This document shows, piece by piece, positions 51,739 through 62,375 of a stretch of DNA of 64,000 nt. Made by a program: the position numbers and the translations under genes. Source of the DNA: Bacteroidales bacterium (lineage in GTDB: Bacteria > Bacteroidota > Bacteroidia > Bacteroidales > UBA10428); the NCBI GenBank assembly GCA_016935355.1, contig JAFGRC010000009.1:16057-80056 (forward strand). The letters run 5' to 3'. Below the pieces are notes generated by a model. It ran no database searches and was not told where the DNA came from. It saw only the letters and a program-made list of their open reading frames with translations. Positions within the stretch are counted from its first letter, which is position 1. Every line of letters starts with the position of its first letter.

Positions 51739-53044
51739 GTTCCTCCCTTCTTTGCATCCGTTCTGTATCTTCAGGAATTAAGGAAATCACATCAGATGAA
51801 TCTGCAAGCAGTTTTTCGATGCCTATTGCTTTGGATTCATCGTATTCGTTCAGGTTCAATTCAAGTTTACAGTTCTCGCAATCGCGGTCGCACATTCTGG
51901 GTTCGTAACGGTCAGGTTCCTTATACGTTGTTATAACGCCTTCATAATTTCTTAACACGACTTTATTTGTCGACCATGAAATAATGTAGTTCGGCATTAT
52001 CGGTATCTTGCCGCCACCGCCAGGCGCATCAATTACATAGGTAGGTCGTGCCAGTCCGCTCGTATGCCCAACCAGGCTTTCCATGATCTCTATACCCTTC
52101 CCGATTGGTGTCCTGAAATGAGATAAACCTTCTGACAGATCACATTGATATAAATAATAAGGACGTACCCTATTTTTTACAAGCTTATGAACCAGTGCCT
52201 TAATGATTCTTGGACAGTCGTTTATATCTGCCAGCAAAACCGACTGATTTCCCAGCGGGAAGCCTCCGTCTGCCAGTTTTGAAAGAGCTTCCCTGGATGA
52301 AGCAGTGATTTCACGTGGATGGTTGAAATGTGTGTTGATCCATAAGGGATGATATTTTTTCATCATTTCAACCAGTTCATCAGTGATTCGGTATGGAAGG
52401 ACGACAGGCATCCTTGTCCCTATGCGGATGATCTCTACGTGCGGTATTTTTCTGATTTCTGACAGCAGCCAGTCGATTTTATGATCCGGCATCATTAACG
52501 GATCACCGCCGGAAAGCAATACATCACGGATCTGCGGTGCATCGCTGATGTATTTTATTCCTTTGCTCAATTGCTTTTTGGAAGGTATGTAATCAATATC
52601 ACCGACTTTTCTTTTTCTTGTACAATGCCTGCAATACATAGAACAAATGTTGCTTACATGGAACAATACCCTGTCGGGATAACGGTGGGTAATTCCTTCC
52701 ACCGGACTGTCACGTTCTTCAGACAGCGGATCCTTAAGTTCAGACTGGACTGTAACCAGTTCCTGCATGCTTCCAAATGCCTGTTTGAATACGGGATCAT
52801 TTTCATAATTTTCCCTGTCAATCAGGGATAAATAATACGGTGTTACGGATAATGGAAACCTCTCAAAGGTTTTCTTCAATCCTTCCTTTTCTTCTTCACT
52901 AAAGTTTATTCCGGTCAGATACTCAAACTGTTCAATGGACCTAATGCAGTGTTTAAGCTGCCACCTCCAGTTCTTCCAGTTCGAAACCCCGGAATCCATT
53001 TCAATTTTACCTGCAATCTCCTGTTGTACGGTATTATATATCAT
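51722..53044 (-). CDS. ablA: lysine 2,3-aminomutase (radical SAM, KamA/AblA)
   Basis: Motifs [12 protein letters not shown] (CxxxCxxC), SGGDPL and WRWQL at the N-terminus. The track start at 53083 is a TTG, so I prefer the ATG at 53044. Confidence 0.85.
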   Translation of the reverse strand: MIYNTVQQEIAGKIEMDSGVSNWKNWRWQLKHCIRSIEQFEYLTGINFSEEEKEGLKKTFERFPLSVTPYYLSLIDRENYENDPVFKQAFGSMQELVTVQSELKDPLSEERDSPVEGITHRYPDRVLFHVSNICSMYCRHCTRKRKVGDIDYIPSKKQLSKGIKYISDAPQIRDVLLSGGDPLMMPDHKIDWLLSEIRKIPHVEIIRIGTRMPVVLPYRITDELVEMMKKYHPLWINTHFNHPREITASSREALSKLADGGFPLGNQSVLLADINDCPRIIKALVHKLVKNRVRPYYLYQCDLSEGLSHFRTPIGKGIEIMESLVGHTSGLARPTYVIDAPGGGGKIPIMPNYIISWSTNKVVLRNYEGVITTYKEPDRYEPRMCDRDCENCKLELNLNEYDESKAIGIEKLLADSSDVISLIPEDTERMQRREEHAGQD

Positions 53045-53196
53045 ATTATTTAAAATATTGTTTCTATACGAAATAAAATGCAAATATCACACCATTTCAG
53101 GTCAATTAAAAATTATTGGTGATAATATTGCTTTATGTATATGATATGTATTGAAAATCAGAAGTGTATTAAAACCTATGCACCCGGGGCTGGCTA

Positions 53197-53697
53197 TTAT
53201 GGCAATGTGTGATGTTCATCCAATTCTTCCGGTTCATGATCTATTGCTATAACAGGTATAGACTTGATTTCATGAATATTGAGAAGGTTTATCAGCATAT
53301 CCAGGGTGTCCTCCATTCTTTTCAGGTGTTCAGGGTCAAGTTTGTTCAGTTTTTCTGTTAATTGTTCGTGCAGAAGAAATGGTATCCTGGAAAGAAGTTT
53401 CGATCCTGAAGATGTCAATGCAACGATCATGACACGTTTGTCCCCTGACTTGGGCAGCCTTGCCACATAACCCTTTCTCTCAAGACGGTCTACAATTCCG
53501 CTTACCGTACTCGAATTCAGATTTAAAAACCTGCACATGGCTCCCTGTGTTGATTGAAAATCCGGACTCCTGTGCAAATACCCCAGGCATAAAGCCTGAG
53601 GAATACTGACTCCGTATTCTTTTTGTATCTTTTTGGATTCCAAATTTATGGATCTGACAATCCTTCTTATTTTAATTAAAATTTCAGTAGTGTCCAT
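53197..53697 (-). CDS. MarR family transcriptional regulator
   Basis: Winged-helix pattern (SSTVSGIVDRLERKGYVARLPKSGDKR). 166 aa. It sits on the same strand directly upstream of ablA. Confidence 0.8.
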   Translation of the reverse strand: MDTTEILIKIRRIVRSINLESKKIQKEYGVSIPQALCLGYLHRSPDFQSTQGAMCRFLNLNSSTVSGIVDRLERKGYVARLPKSGDKRVMIVALTSSGSKLLSRIPFLLHEQLTEKLNKLDPEHLKRMEDTLDMLINLLNIHEIKSIPVIAIDHEPEELDEHHTLP

Positions 53698-53866
53698 TCT
53701 CAGTTTTTATGAAAATTACAAAAAGTTTTTATACAAACTATTATACAGATCCTAAATGTGCAGCACAAGAAATGATTTCACCGGGATAATTTATTTATGT
53801 TCACGAACTATACCATATAAATGCGGTGAAAACCGATAATTTTTGATACTGCATCAGACTTTTTTT

Positions 53867-53874
53867 TATATTTG
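53867..53874 (+). promoter_or_regulatory. candidate Bacteroidota -7 promoter element (TAnnTTTG) for the MFS transporter gene
   Basis: TATATTTG lies about 95 nt upstream of the ATG at 53969, in a 271-bp AT-rich divergent intergenic region. This is a motif match only. Confidence 0.25.
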
Positions 53875-53968
53875 AGAAACATTTATATTTATTCATCATC
53901 TTTTACCTGGTTTTCAAGAATAAGTAAATATGGAATTATTGATTGATGTTTAACCTAAAATTTACAAC

Positions 53969-55378
53969 ATGACTGAACAAAAAAACACTCAGGTAATGGG
54001 CATGACCATTATGGGAATGATCTTTTTCCTTTTTGGTTTTGTTACGACATTTAACATTACACTTGCCGACAATTTCAAGGCGGTTTTTGATTTATCCAAC
54101 TGGCAGGCACAACTGGTAAACGGAGCTTTTTTCTTCTCCTATTTTGTATTTTCCTTTCTTTGCGGCGGCATCATAAAAAAGATAGGCTATAAGGGAGGGG
54201 TAATGCTGGGATTGTTCCTTGTCGCACTGGGAAGTTTCCTGTTCTTTCCGGCTGCCAAAGTTTTATCATTTCCCTTTTTTCTGGTTGCTATTTTCGTAAT
54301 GGCTACAGGAGTTGTGTTCCTGCAGGTGGCAGCAAATCCTTATGTGACCGCGATTGGTCCATCAGCAACTGCTTCCGGAAGACTAAATTTAACACAATCT
54401 TTAAATTCTATTGCAACGTACATTGCACCGATCATTGCAAGTGTTTTTGTTTTTAAAGAAGCTGCCGAGGCTGCACTTGGAACGGTATTGACTGAGGCAG
54501 AGAAACTGCAGGCTGCACAGGAAGCTGCAGCAGCTGTCCCAAAACCATTTATCATCATCAGTATCGTAGTTATTATCATTGCAGCAGTGATCTGGATGAT
54601 GAAGCTTCCGCTGATCCCCACCAAGGGCATTGAAAGAAAAAGCGTATGGAAATACCCTCATGTTATTTTGGGTGCACTGGCAATTTTCTTTTATGTTGGT
54701 GCTGAAGTTGGAACTGCTGCTTACATTCAGGTTTATTTGCAGGAAGTAGCAAATTTAACGAAAACCGAAGCTGCCAAAATGATCGCCCTGTATTGGGGTG
54801 GAGCGATGGTTGGAAGGTTTTACGGATCCTATATGCTGTCAAATGTGGAACGGTCAAAGAAATACCTTTACACAATCCTGGTCCTGGGTCTTGCAGTTTT
54901 TGTCGGCTGGTATTTAAACAGGGATATTACCCAGGGTTTGATCTTTGCCGGTATCGCACTGGTGAATTATCTTGCCATGCAACTTGGCAAGGGTAATGCA
55001 AAAAACACACTTGCAGTATTTGGCATCATAGCAATTATTTTGCTGATTGCCGTAATGAGTTCAAGCGGAAACGTTGTATTGTGGGTTGGCATATCAATAG
55101 GTTTATTCAATTCCATCATGTTCCCCAATATCTTTGCGCTGAGTGTTGATGGTCTTGATAAAGGTGAATTGAGCATGGCTTCAGGTCTGATCAATACACT
55201 CATTGTTGGAGGAGCCATAATACCCGTGCTGATGGGTTTGATCGCAGATGTAAGTCCTCTTCTCGCAAACGGCACTCATACTGCGAGGTTTACTTTTATC
55301 CTTCCCATTATTTGTTATGCATACATTGTCTTCTTTGCCCTCGTCGGAAGCAAGCACGATCTGGAACAGCAGCCCTGA
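53969..55378 (+). CDS. MFS sugar transporter, FucP/GluP (fucose or glucose/galactose:H+ symporter) family
   Basis: About 12 predicted TM helices. N-terminal pattern FFLFGFVTTFNITL...QAQLVNGAFFFSYF...LQVAANPY is typical of the FucP/GluP family. Confidence 0.75.
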   Translation: MTEQKNTQVMGMTIMGMIFFLFGFVTTFNITLADNFKAVFDLSNWQAQLVNGAFFFSYFVFSFLCGGIIKKIGYKGGVMLGLFLVALGSFLFFPAAKVLSFPFFLVAIFVMATGVVFLQVAANPYVTAIGPSATASGRLNLTQSLNSIATYIAPIIASVFVFKEAAEAALGTVLTEAEKLQAAQEAAAAVPKPFIIISIVVIIIAAVIWMMKLPLIPTKGIERKSVWKYPHVILGALAIFFYVGAEVGTAAYIQVYLQEVANLTKTEAAKMIALYWGGAMVGRFYGSYMLSNVERSKKYLYTILVLGLAVFVGWYLNRDITQGLIFAGIALVNYLAMQLGKGNAKNTLAVFGIIAIILLIAVMSSSGNVVLWVGISIGLFNSIMFPNIFALSVDGLDKGELSMASGLINTLIVGGAIIPVLMGLIADVSPLLANGTHTARFTFILPIICYAYIVFFALVGSKHDLEQQP

Positions 55379-55408
55379 AAGAATGATGCTGACGTATAAA
55401 AGTTTAAG

Positions 55409-55437
55409 AAAACGGCAGGATGATTCCTGCCGTTTTT
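55409..55437 (+). terminator. rho-independent terminator after the MFS gene
   Basis: Stem AAAACGGCAGG / CCTGCCGTTTT with the 6-nt loop ATGATT, running into a T-tract. Confidence 0.55.
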
Positions 55438-55456
55438 GATAATTCTATAACCTGTA

Positions 55457-56143
55457 ATGCAAATTGAAATTTTACATCTGATTGAAGGCGCCCGGCAGGC
55501 AAGTGGAATAACTGTGGTCATTGATGTGTTCCGGGCCTGTTCCCTGGCATGTTATATGCTTGATAAAGGTGCTGTGAAAATTATTCCTGTAGGGACTGTT
55601 GAAAAGGCCTACCTGTATAAAAGGGATCATCCCGGTTATCTTCTGATAGGCGAACGAAACAACCGTACCATACCCGGATTTGATTTCGGCAACTCCCCGC
55701 ATGGAATAAAAAACGAAGATTTCACCGGTAAAACAGTAATACACACTACAAGTGCCGGAACACAGGGAATTGTAAATGCAGTAAATGCAGACGAGATCCT
55801 GACCGGAAGTTTTGTCAATGCGGGTGCCCTGATCAGGTATATAGCCGGAAAAGATCCGTCACACGTTTCCCTGGTGTGTATGGGTTATGCTGCCCGTCAT
55901 CCCATAGAAGAGGACAGCCTTTGTGCTGAATACCTGAAGCAAAAACTGGAAAAGCATGAACCTGATTTTGCTGCCATGGTCGAGGATATTAGAAATACAA
56001 GCGGTAAAAGGTTTTTCAATCCCGAAACACAGGAATATTGTCCTAAAGAAGATTTTGATCTTTGCCTTCGTCTGGATGCTTTTGATTTTGTTATCAAAGC
56101 AGAAAGAGATGAAGAATTTGGAATTGTCTTGAAAAAGAAGTAA
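55457..56143 (+). CDS. comB: 2-phosphosulfolactate phosphatase family protein (ComB-like)
   Basis: VVIDVFRACS, the GERN.. region and HTTSAGTQG resemble the ComB family. 228 aa. Confidence 0.7.
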   Translation: MQIEILHLIEGARQASGITVVIDVFRACSLACYMLDKGAVKIIPVGTVEKAYLYKRDHPGYLLIGERNNRTIPGFDFGNSPHGIKNEDFTGKTVIHTTSAGTQGIVNAVNADEILTGSFVNAGALIRYIAGKDPSHVSLVCMGYAARHPIEEDSLCAEYLKQKLEKHEPDFAAMVEDIRNTSGKRFFNPETQEYCPKEDFDLCLRLDAFDFVIKAERDEEFGIVLKKK

Positions 56144-56286
56144 CCGTTACCCGGATTTCCACCATTTTGGTCCTTTTTTAAATATTGTTAAAAATTTTTA
56201 ACACTTATTTTAAAACATTTTGGCTTAATAAACGTAATTTTATAGTGCATATGAGTCATTGTTAAATCATTAATACAAATTACAAA

Positions 56287-56688
56287 ATGAAGATATCTTC
56301 CTTATTTTTAGTTATATCATTTATTTTACTGACAGGTCTGGTAAAACCGGTCAAAGCCCAGGAATCGGGAAATGTGGCCTCTTCGATTGAATGGACTGCA
56401 ACCACCTTTGATTTTGGTAAAATTGATCAGGGTCAACCGGTTACGGCCGAGTTTGAGTTCAGGAACACCAGTATGGTACCCCTGATCATTAATTCTGTAC
56501 AGCCCTCCTGCGGATGTACCGTTGCCGATTATCCGAAGGAACCCATTCAGCCCGGTAAATCAGGAAAGATTGCCGTTACTTTTAATGCAGCATCAAAAGG
56601 GGCGTTTCAAAAATCTGTGCTGATATCCACAAATGCTACAGAAGGCCGTGCTTCACTGATCATTAAGGGAGAAGTAGCGTCATTGTAA
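56287..56688 (+). CDS. DUF1573 domain-containing secreted protein
   Basis: A signal peptide followed by FDFGKI...F.F.N.....I..V..SCGCT......P..PG..G.I.V.FN, the DUF1573 signature. Confidence 0.8.
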   Translation: MKISSLFLVISFILLTGLVKPVKAQESGNVASSIEWTATTFDFGKIDQGQPVTAEFEFRNTSMVPLIINSVQPSCGCTVADYPKEPIQPGKSGKIAVTFNAASKGAFQKSVLISTNATEGRASLIIKGEVASL

Positions 56689-56722
56689 ACGAACATGCAT
56701 TTTCTTTATAAGTGTAGTCTGT

Positions 56723-56749
56723 AAGCGGTTCATCGAAACCGCTTTTTTT
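56723..56749 (+). terminator. rho-independent terminator after the DUF1573 gene
   Basis: Stem AAGCGGTT / AACCGCTT with the loop CATCGA, followed by T7. It overlaps the track's TTG start (56748) of the next ORF, which argues for the ATG at 56769. Confidence 0.6.
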
Positions 56750-56768
56750 GTTATATTTAACAGACCAT

Positions 56769-57314
56769 ATGAAAGTCATCAAAAAAGCAGCTGTTTTCTG
56801 CGGATCTTCCACAGGGTCAGATCCTGTATATTCGAAAGCCTGCCTGGAACTGGCAAGGTTGTTAAACAAACACAAGATCAGTCTGGTATACGGTGGAGGC
56901 AATATTGGATTAATGGGTATTCTGGCCGATGAAATGTTAAGACTTGAAAGCGAGGTTATCGGTGTCATTCCACAGAAGCTTGTGGATATAGAACTGGCAC
57001 ATACCGGATTGACACAACTGCATATTGTACATACCATGCATGAACGTAAGGCATTAATGATGGAGCTTGCTGATATATTTATAGTGCTGCCCGGTGGTAT
57101 CGGGACCCTTGATGAATTTTTCGAGGTGTTTACCTGGCAGCTGCTGGAATATCATTCAAAAAAAATAAGTGTTTTGAACATCAACGGATTTTATGACCAG
57201 TTGATTCTTTTTATTCAAAGCATCATTAAAAAGGGATTTCTCAATCAATCGCAGATCAAATCCTTAATTATCAGCGATTCACCACCGGAATTGATCATGA
57301 GCCTGCTTGCATAA
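56769..57314 (+). CDS. LOG family protein (cytokinin riboside 5'-monophosphate phosphoribohydrolase-like, TIGR00730 type)
   Basis: Motifs VFCGSS, VYGGGNIGLMG and PGGIGTLDE. Confidence 0.85.
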   Translation: MKVIKKAAVFCGSSTGSDPVYSKACLELARLLNKHKISLVYGGGNIGLMGILADEMLRLESEVIGVIPQKLVDIELAHTGLTQLHIVHTMHERKALMMELADIFIVLPGGIGTLDEFFEVFTWQLLEYHSKKISVLNINGFYDQLILFIQSIIKKGFLNQSQIKSLIISDSPPELIMSLLA

Positions 57315-57324
57315 ACCCTCTGCT

Positions 57325-57900
57325 TTACTTTACAATACCGGAAAAACCCATAAAGGCAAGTGAAAGCAATCCCGCAGTGATTAAGGTGATCGGAAACCCT
57401 TTCATACCTTTGGGATTACCGGTAAGAACCATCTGTTCTCGAATACCTGCCATCAGGACCAGCGCGAGCGTAAAGCCGACGGCAATACTTGCAGCATACA
57501 ATACACTCATGACCAGGTTGAGTTCTTTTTGCATGGCAAGTATGGCAGTTCCCAGAACCGCACAATTTGTCGTGATTAACGGAAGATAAATTCCCAATGC
57601 CTGATATAAAGCCGGAACCGACTTTTTCAGAATGATCTCAACCACCTGCACCAGAAACGCAATAACAAAAATAAAAGTAATGGTCTGCATGAATTGAATT
57701 CCCAGTGGAACGAGAAGATAATTGTAAATGAAATAGGTAACAAGGTTTGCAAGCGTCATAACAAACATCACCGCCATACCCATACCGACCGAAGTATCGA
57801 TTTTTGTCGATACTCCCAGAAACGGACATATTCCGAGAAATTGCGCCAGCACAACATTGTTGACAAGAATCGCGGATATAATTAAAATAATGTATTCCAT
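57325..57900 (-). CDS. rnfA: Rnf electron transport complex subunit A
   Basis: 191-aa polytopic protein. NNVVLAQFLGICPFLGVS is the RnfA/NqrE-type signature. Confidence 0.9.
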   Translation of the reverse strand: MEYIILIISAILVNNVVLAQFLGICPFLGVSTKIDTSVGMGMAVMFVMTLANLVTYFIYNYLLVPLGIQFMQTITFIFVIAFLVQVVEIILKKSVPALYQALGIYLPLITTNCAVLGTAILAMQKELNLVMSVLYAASIAVGFTLALVLMAGIREQMVLTGNPKGMKGFPITLITAGLLSLAFMGFSGIVK

Positions 57901-57911
57901 GGCAACTGGCT

Positions 57912-58517
57912 TTATAAATTATACTTCATTCTGATCCTGTTCATAACTGCAATCAAAAAACCATAGGTTATAAAAGCACCGGGAGGCAAAACAAAAAGGA
58001 GCAATGTCGATCCTTCTGCTCCGAAAATCCGGATGTTGAATATCGTTCCGTTGCCCAGTATTTCACGTATCGCGCCCATCATGGTAATAGCCAGTGTAAA
58101 ACCGAGACCCATGCCCAGTCCGTCAAGAAATGCGTACAGAACCTTGTTCTTTTGTGCAAAAGCTTCAGCACGACCGAGTATCATGCAGTTCACCACGATA
58201 AGCGGGATGAAAATCCCAAGCGCCTTATACAATTCAGGCGAATAAGCATTCATTACCAGATCCACTATGGTGACAAAACTTGCAATGATCACGATAAAAG
58301 CCGCAATGCGCACCTTATCCGGAATGAAATTCTTGATCAGACTGATGATGACGTTGGAGCACAGCAGGACGAAAAGTGTTGCAGCTCCCATGCCCAGTCC
58401 GTTTACCGCTGAAGTGGTTACCGCAAGTGCGGGACATGTCCCCAGCACCAAAACAAAAATGGGGTTTTCCTTGATCAGTCCGTTGGTTAAATATTTCAGA
58501 CTACTCATAATCATCAT
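57912..58517 (-). CDS. rnfE: Rnf electron transport complex subunit E
   Basis: [18 protein letters not shown] is the RnfE/NqrD-type signature. Confidence 0.9.
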   Translation of the reverse strand: MMIMSSLKYLTNGLIKENPIFVLVLGTCPALAVTTSAVNGLGMGAATLFVLLCSNVIISLIKNFIPDKVRIAAFIVIIASFVTIVDLVMNAYSPELYKALGIFIPLIVVNCMILGRAEAFAQKNKVLYAFLDGLGMGLGFTLAITMMGAIREILGNGTIFNIRIFGAEGSTLLLFVLPPGAFITYGFLIAVMNRIRMKYNL

Positions 58518-58523
58518 GTTTTT

Positions 58524-59117
58524 TTATTCATTGGTTTCTGTTGTGGCATCAGTCACAGCACTCGTGTCTTGTATCAGGATATTGTACGCTCTCTGCAATG
58601 CATCACAATAAGCCCTTGAACTGATTGTGGCTGCAGTTATGGCGTCAACCATACCGCCATCCTTTTTAACCTGCAATGAAAAATTGCCGGGATTTTTACC
58701 GATAAACTGTTCCCTGAAGCCGGGATCAGTCATTTTGGTCCCCAGACCGGGAGTTTCCTTATGCTGGAGGACCGAAACGCCATAGATTGTTCCGTCAGGA
58801 AGAAAACCGGCCATCAGCTCTATCCGTCCTCCGAACCCGTTATCCGTATAAGTCTTTATGGCATATCCTACGGATTCGTCATTTTGCGTAACCGGATAAA
58901 TGACGATCCCGTTACTTTCAATCATATCGGATACCGGATCACTGTTAAATTCAGGCAGGACTTCCCGGATCGCTTCAAGTTCTTTTTTCATGGCTGCGGC
59001 TTCAATAGGATCCTTGGTTTTCAGGTACACAAAGGCCAGGGCAGCCGACATGGTAACTGATATCAACACAAGTGATAATACCATGTTGATCAGTGTGGAT
59101 GCAAGCCGTTTAGCCAT
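58524..59117 (-). CDS. rnfG: Rnf electron transport complex subunit G (FMN-binding)
   Basis: N-terminal anchor, HKETPGLG, and the FMN attachment context DAITAATISSRA. Confidence 0.85.
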   Translation of the reverse strand: MAKRLASTLINMVLSLVLISVTMSAALAFVYLKTKDPIEAAAMKKELEAIREVLPEFNSDPVSDMIESNGIVIYPVTQNDESVGYAIKTYTDNGFGGRIELMAGFLPDGTIYGVSVLQHKETPGLGTKMTDPGFREQFIGKNPGNFSLQVKKDGGMVDAITAATISSRAYCDALQRAYNILIQDTSAVTDATTETNE

Positions 59118-60111
59118 TTTTCACCTCCTCCCCGAAACGTTTTGGCCTAATATATTTATTGATCAGCGGCACAAAAGCATTCATGATCAGAATGGCAAAG
59201 GATACCCCTTCCGGATAAGCTCCAAAAATCCTGATCACCACGGTTATCAGTCCGATAAATACCGCGTAAATAACCATACCGGCCTTTGTTACCGGTGAGG
59301 TTACCAGATCCGTTGCCATGTAGATCGCTCCCAGCATAACACCACCGGTTAGTATATGAAACAAGGGAGAAGCATATTTTGCAGGTTCAGCAAGCCACAA
59401 TATCCCGGTAAAGATAAAGACTGTCGCAATCATTGTAACCGGAATGTGCCAGGTAATAATCTTCTTGTAAAGCAACCAGAAAAATCCGATGATCAAAGCA
59501 ATAGCTGATATTTCCCCCAGCGAACCTCCCATCTGTCCCATAAAAAGCTGCATGTGACCAGGTATTTGCTGAAGTGCATCGGCAGCAGTCGCTCCGCTTC
59601 TGACCGTCTCCTTGAGAATTCCCAGTGGTGTGGGACCGCTCACCGCATCGAGATACTGAATTCTTGATTGTAAAGGTAAAGGCCAGGTGGTCATGTGTAC
59701 CGGAAAAGAAATAAGCAGGAATACACGGCCGGCAAGCGCAGGATTGAAAGGATTGCAACCCAGACCTCCGTATGCCATTTTTCCAACGCCTATTGCAAAA
59801 AGGCTTCCGAGAACAATCATCCACCACGGTAGATTTGATGGCAGATTGAATGCCAGCAACAAACCGGTAACGATTGCCGATCCGTCACGTATGCTGATTT
59901 CGGTATGCATGATATACTTCTGGATCAGCATTTCAAAAACAACACATGATAAAATGGATATGGCAGTCACGATAACCGCACCGATTCCGAACATATAAAG
60001 TGAAACAAGAAATGCAGGCACAAGCGACAATACAACTCCATACATCAGATGTTGAACTGACTGATCGCTGGTTACGTGCGGAGACGGAGAAACGGTGAGT
60101 ATTTTGCTCAT
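59110..60111 (-). CDS. rnfD: Rnf electron transport complex subunit D
   Basis: SPSPHV N-terminus, polytopic, YMATDLVTSP flavinylation context. It overlaps rnfG by 8 nt. Confidence 0.9.
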   Translation of the reverse strand: MSKILTVSPSPHVTSDQSVQHLMYGVVLSLVPAFLVSLYMFGIGAVIVTAISILSCVVFEMLIQKYIMHTEISIRDGSAIVTGLLLAFNLPSNLPWWMIVLGSLFAIGVGKMAYGGLGCNPFNPALAGRVFLLISFPVHMTTWPLPLQSRIQYLDAVSGPTPLGILKETVRSGATAADALQQIPGHMQLFMGQMGGSLGEISAIALIIGFFWLLYKKIITWHIPVTMIATVFIFTGILWLAEPAKYASPLFHILTGGVMLGAIYMATDLVTSPVTKAGMVIYAVFIGLITVVIRIFGAYPEGVSFAILIMNAFVPLINKYIRPKRFGEEVKNG

Positions 60112-61442
60112 GGCTTTCTTCTTGTTCTGATGATTTTACCGACATTGGCCTTTGCAAGCCTGATATAATCCAATAATGGGCGGCGGGCGGGACATATATA
60201 GCTGCATGAACCACATTCGATGCAATCCATAACATGCGCACGCTCCAGTGCATCAAAATGATCATGCTGTGACAAAGGCATCAGCAGGTAAGGTTCCAGT
60301 CCCATGGGACAAACGTCAACACATTTTCCACACCGGACACAGGGCAGTATTTTGTGGCGACGGGATTCTGAATCGGGAAGCATCAGAATGCCTGAAGTAC
60401 CCTTAACAACAGGGATCTCAGTGTTGCTTAGTGCCTTGCCCATCATAGGTCCTCCACATATGATCTTACCCGTATCCGAGGGTAAACCTCCGGCAGCCTC
60501 AATTAATGCCGATACCGGGGTGCCTATCCGGACCCGCAAATTTGAAGGCTTGCTGACCGACCTGCCGGTTACGGTGACGATCCTTTCAAACAAAGGTTTG
60601 TTTTTCTGCACGGCTTCATATATGGAAAAAACTGATCCCACATTGAAAACCAGGGCACCGACATCCATCGGCAAACCGCCTGACGGTATTTCCCTGCCTG
60701 TTATTGCTTTGATCAACTGCTTTTCCCCGCCCTGCGGATATTTTACCTTTAAGGGCTGTATTTGTATACCTCCGTATTGCGCTGACAGACTTTGCAAATG
60801 CTGTATGGCATCAGGCTTGTTGTTCTCTATTCCAATAACAGCTTTGTTCAGGTTCAATGCTTTCATGAGTATTTTTACACCCACCATCAGTTCTTCACCT
60901 TTTTCAAGCATCAGCGCATGGTCAGCCGTCAGAAACGGCTCACATTCAACTCCGTTAATGATCAGGTTATCAACTTTTTTTCCTCGGGGAATGGTAAGTT
61001 TTACATGTGACGGGAACGTTGCGCCACCCAATCCAACAATTCCGGATTCTGAAATCCGGTTTATGATTTCGGTTCCGTTCAGTTTGATCTCCCGGTCAAC
61101 TGACCCGTCACGAATGATGTTATCCAGCCACTCGTCACCGGAAACCTCTATAAAAACAGCTGGCCGTTTGTAGCCGCTAACATCATCCGCCACATCTATT
61201 TTTATAACTTTACCGGACACAGAAGCATGTACATTACTCGAAATGAAACCGTCGCCCTTGGCAATGATTTGTCCGGTTTTCACCTCATCTCCCCTGTTGA
61301 CAACAGGTTTTGCAGGGGCACCGAGATGTTGTGACAAAATGATTGCCACAGAGCCGGGCACTGGTAATCCCTGTATTCCTGAGCGGGCTGATATTTTGTT
61401 TTCGTGTGGATGAACGCCTCCCTTGTTGAATGTTCTGATCAC
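60108..61442 (-). CDS. rnfC: Rnf electron transport complex subunit C
   Basis: GLGGATFP, and two 4Fe-4S motifs (CVRCGKCVDVCP and CIECGSCSYICP). A GTG start overlaps the rnfB stop (GTGA). Confidence 0.9.
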   Translation of the reverse strand: MIRTFNKGGVHPHENKISARSGIQGLPVPGSVAIILSQHLGAPAKPVVNRGDEVKTGQIIAKGDGFISSNVHASVSGKVIKIDVADDVSGYKRPAVFIEVSGDEWLDNIIRDGSVDREIKLNGTEIINRISESGIVGLGGATFPSHVKLTIPRGKKVDNLIINGVECEPFLTADHALMLEKGEELMVGVKILMKALNLNKAVIGIENNKPDAIQHLQSLSAQYGGIQIQPLKVKYPQGGEKQLIKAITGREIPSGGLPMDVGALVFNVGSVFSIYEAVQKNKPLFERIVTVTGRSVSKPSNLRVRIGTPVSALIEAAGGLPSDTGKIICGGPMMGKALSNTEIPVVKGTSGILMLPDSESRRHKILPCVRCGKCVDVCPMGLEPYLLMPLSQHDHFDALERAHVMDCIECGSCSYICPARRPLLDYIRLAKANVGKIIRTRRKP

Positions 61443-62374
61443 TGCTTCTCCTCCTTTCCTGAAATGGTATTTTTAGCAGTTGTGTCAGCCGGTTCAATTC
61501 CAGGTTCAACCGGCTTATTCTGCTCTTCCGGGAGGTTTTCCGGTCTGGGTTTTTTAACCGGGAACCCGATTTCAAGTATGCAGTTGGTGGGACATTCCGG
61601 CGCACATTTCCGGCATAATTTACATTTGTCAGAATCTATAAAAGCAAGATTGTTCTTCATCGTAATGGCATCGTGCGGACACACTTTGAAACATTTTGCA
61701 CAACCAATACAGGCAACTGAACAGTTCTTCCTGGCTATGCCTCCTTTATCCTCATTCATACAGGCCACATAGATCTTTCTGTTCCCTTTCCAGCGTTTTC
61801 TCAGCTCAAAAAGGTCTTTCGGGCATGCTTTAACACAGGCCCCGCAGGCCGTACAATTCTCATCATTCACCACCGGCAGTCCTGTCTCCTGATCCATATG
61901 CAAAGCATCAAACTTGCATGCTTCCACACAATCACCAAATCCCAGACATCCGTACTGACAACCCGTTTCCCCTCCGTATAGTGCAGCCGCTATGGAACAG
62001 GTGGCTACTCCGTCATAAACATTTGTACGTGGCCGGTATTCACATGCCCCGTTGCATCTAAGCACTGCAACACGGGAATCCTGACTGACCACTTCCTTGC
62101 CGAGCAATGCAGCGATCTTTTCCATGGTTTCTTTTCCGCCAACGGGACAATAAAGATCATCCAGGGTTTCTGCCTTGACCAGTTGTTCCGCAAAATTCCG
62201 GCAACCGGCAAAACCACAACCGCCGCAGTTTGCACCAGGAAGTACAGCTTCGACCAGATCAATTTTCGGATCTTCATAAACCTTAAACCGCTGTGCAACA
62301 AAATACAGGACAAATGCTGCCACAATGCCCAGTGAAGTCAGTATGATGATGGTATATAAAATGGCAGCAGTCAT
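61439..62374 (-). CDS. rnfB: Rnf electron transport complex subunit B (polyferredoxin type)
   Basis: N-terminal TM helix, CGGCGFAGC, several CxxCxxCxxxCP motifs, and a Pro/Glu-rich C-terminal tail. Confidence 0.9.
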   Translation of the reverse strand: MTAAILYTIIILTSLGIVAAFVLYFVAQRFKVYEDPKIDLVEAVLPGANCGGCGFAGCRNFAEQLVKAETLDDLYCPVGGKETMEKIAALLGKEVVSQDSRVAVLRCNGACEYRPRTNVYDGVATCSIAAALYGGETGCQYGCLGFGDCVEACKFDALHMDQETGLPVVNDENCTACGACVKACPKDLFELRKRWKGNRKIYVACMNEDKGGIARKNCSVACIGCAKCFKVCPHDAITMKNNLAFIDSDKCKLCRKCAPECPTNCILEIGFPVKKPRPENLPEEQNKPVEPGIEPADTTAKNTISGKEEKQ

Positions 62375-62375
62375 C

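Noticed and set aside
60304-61173. A 289-aa plus-strand ORF.
   Set aside because: It lies entirely antisense to rnfC, has a low-complexity Pro/Ser-rich translation and no motifs. It is a shadow ORF.
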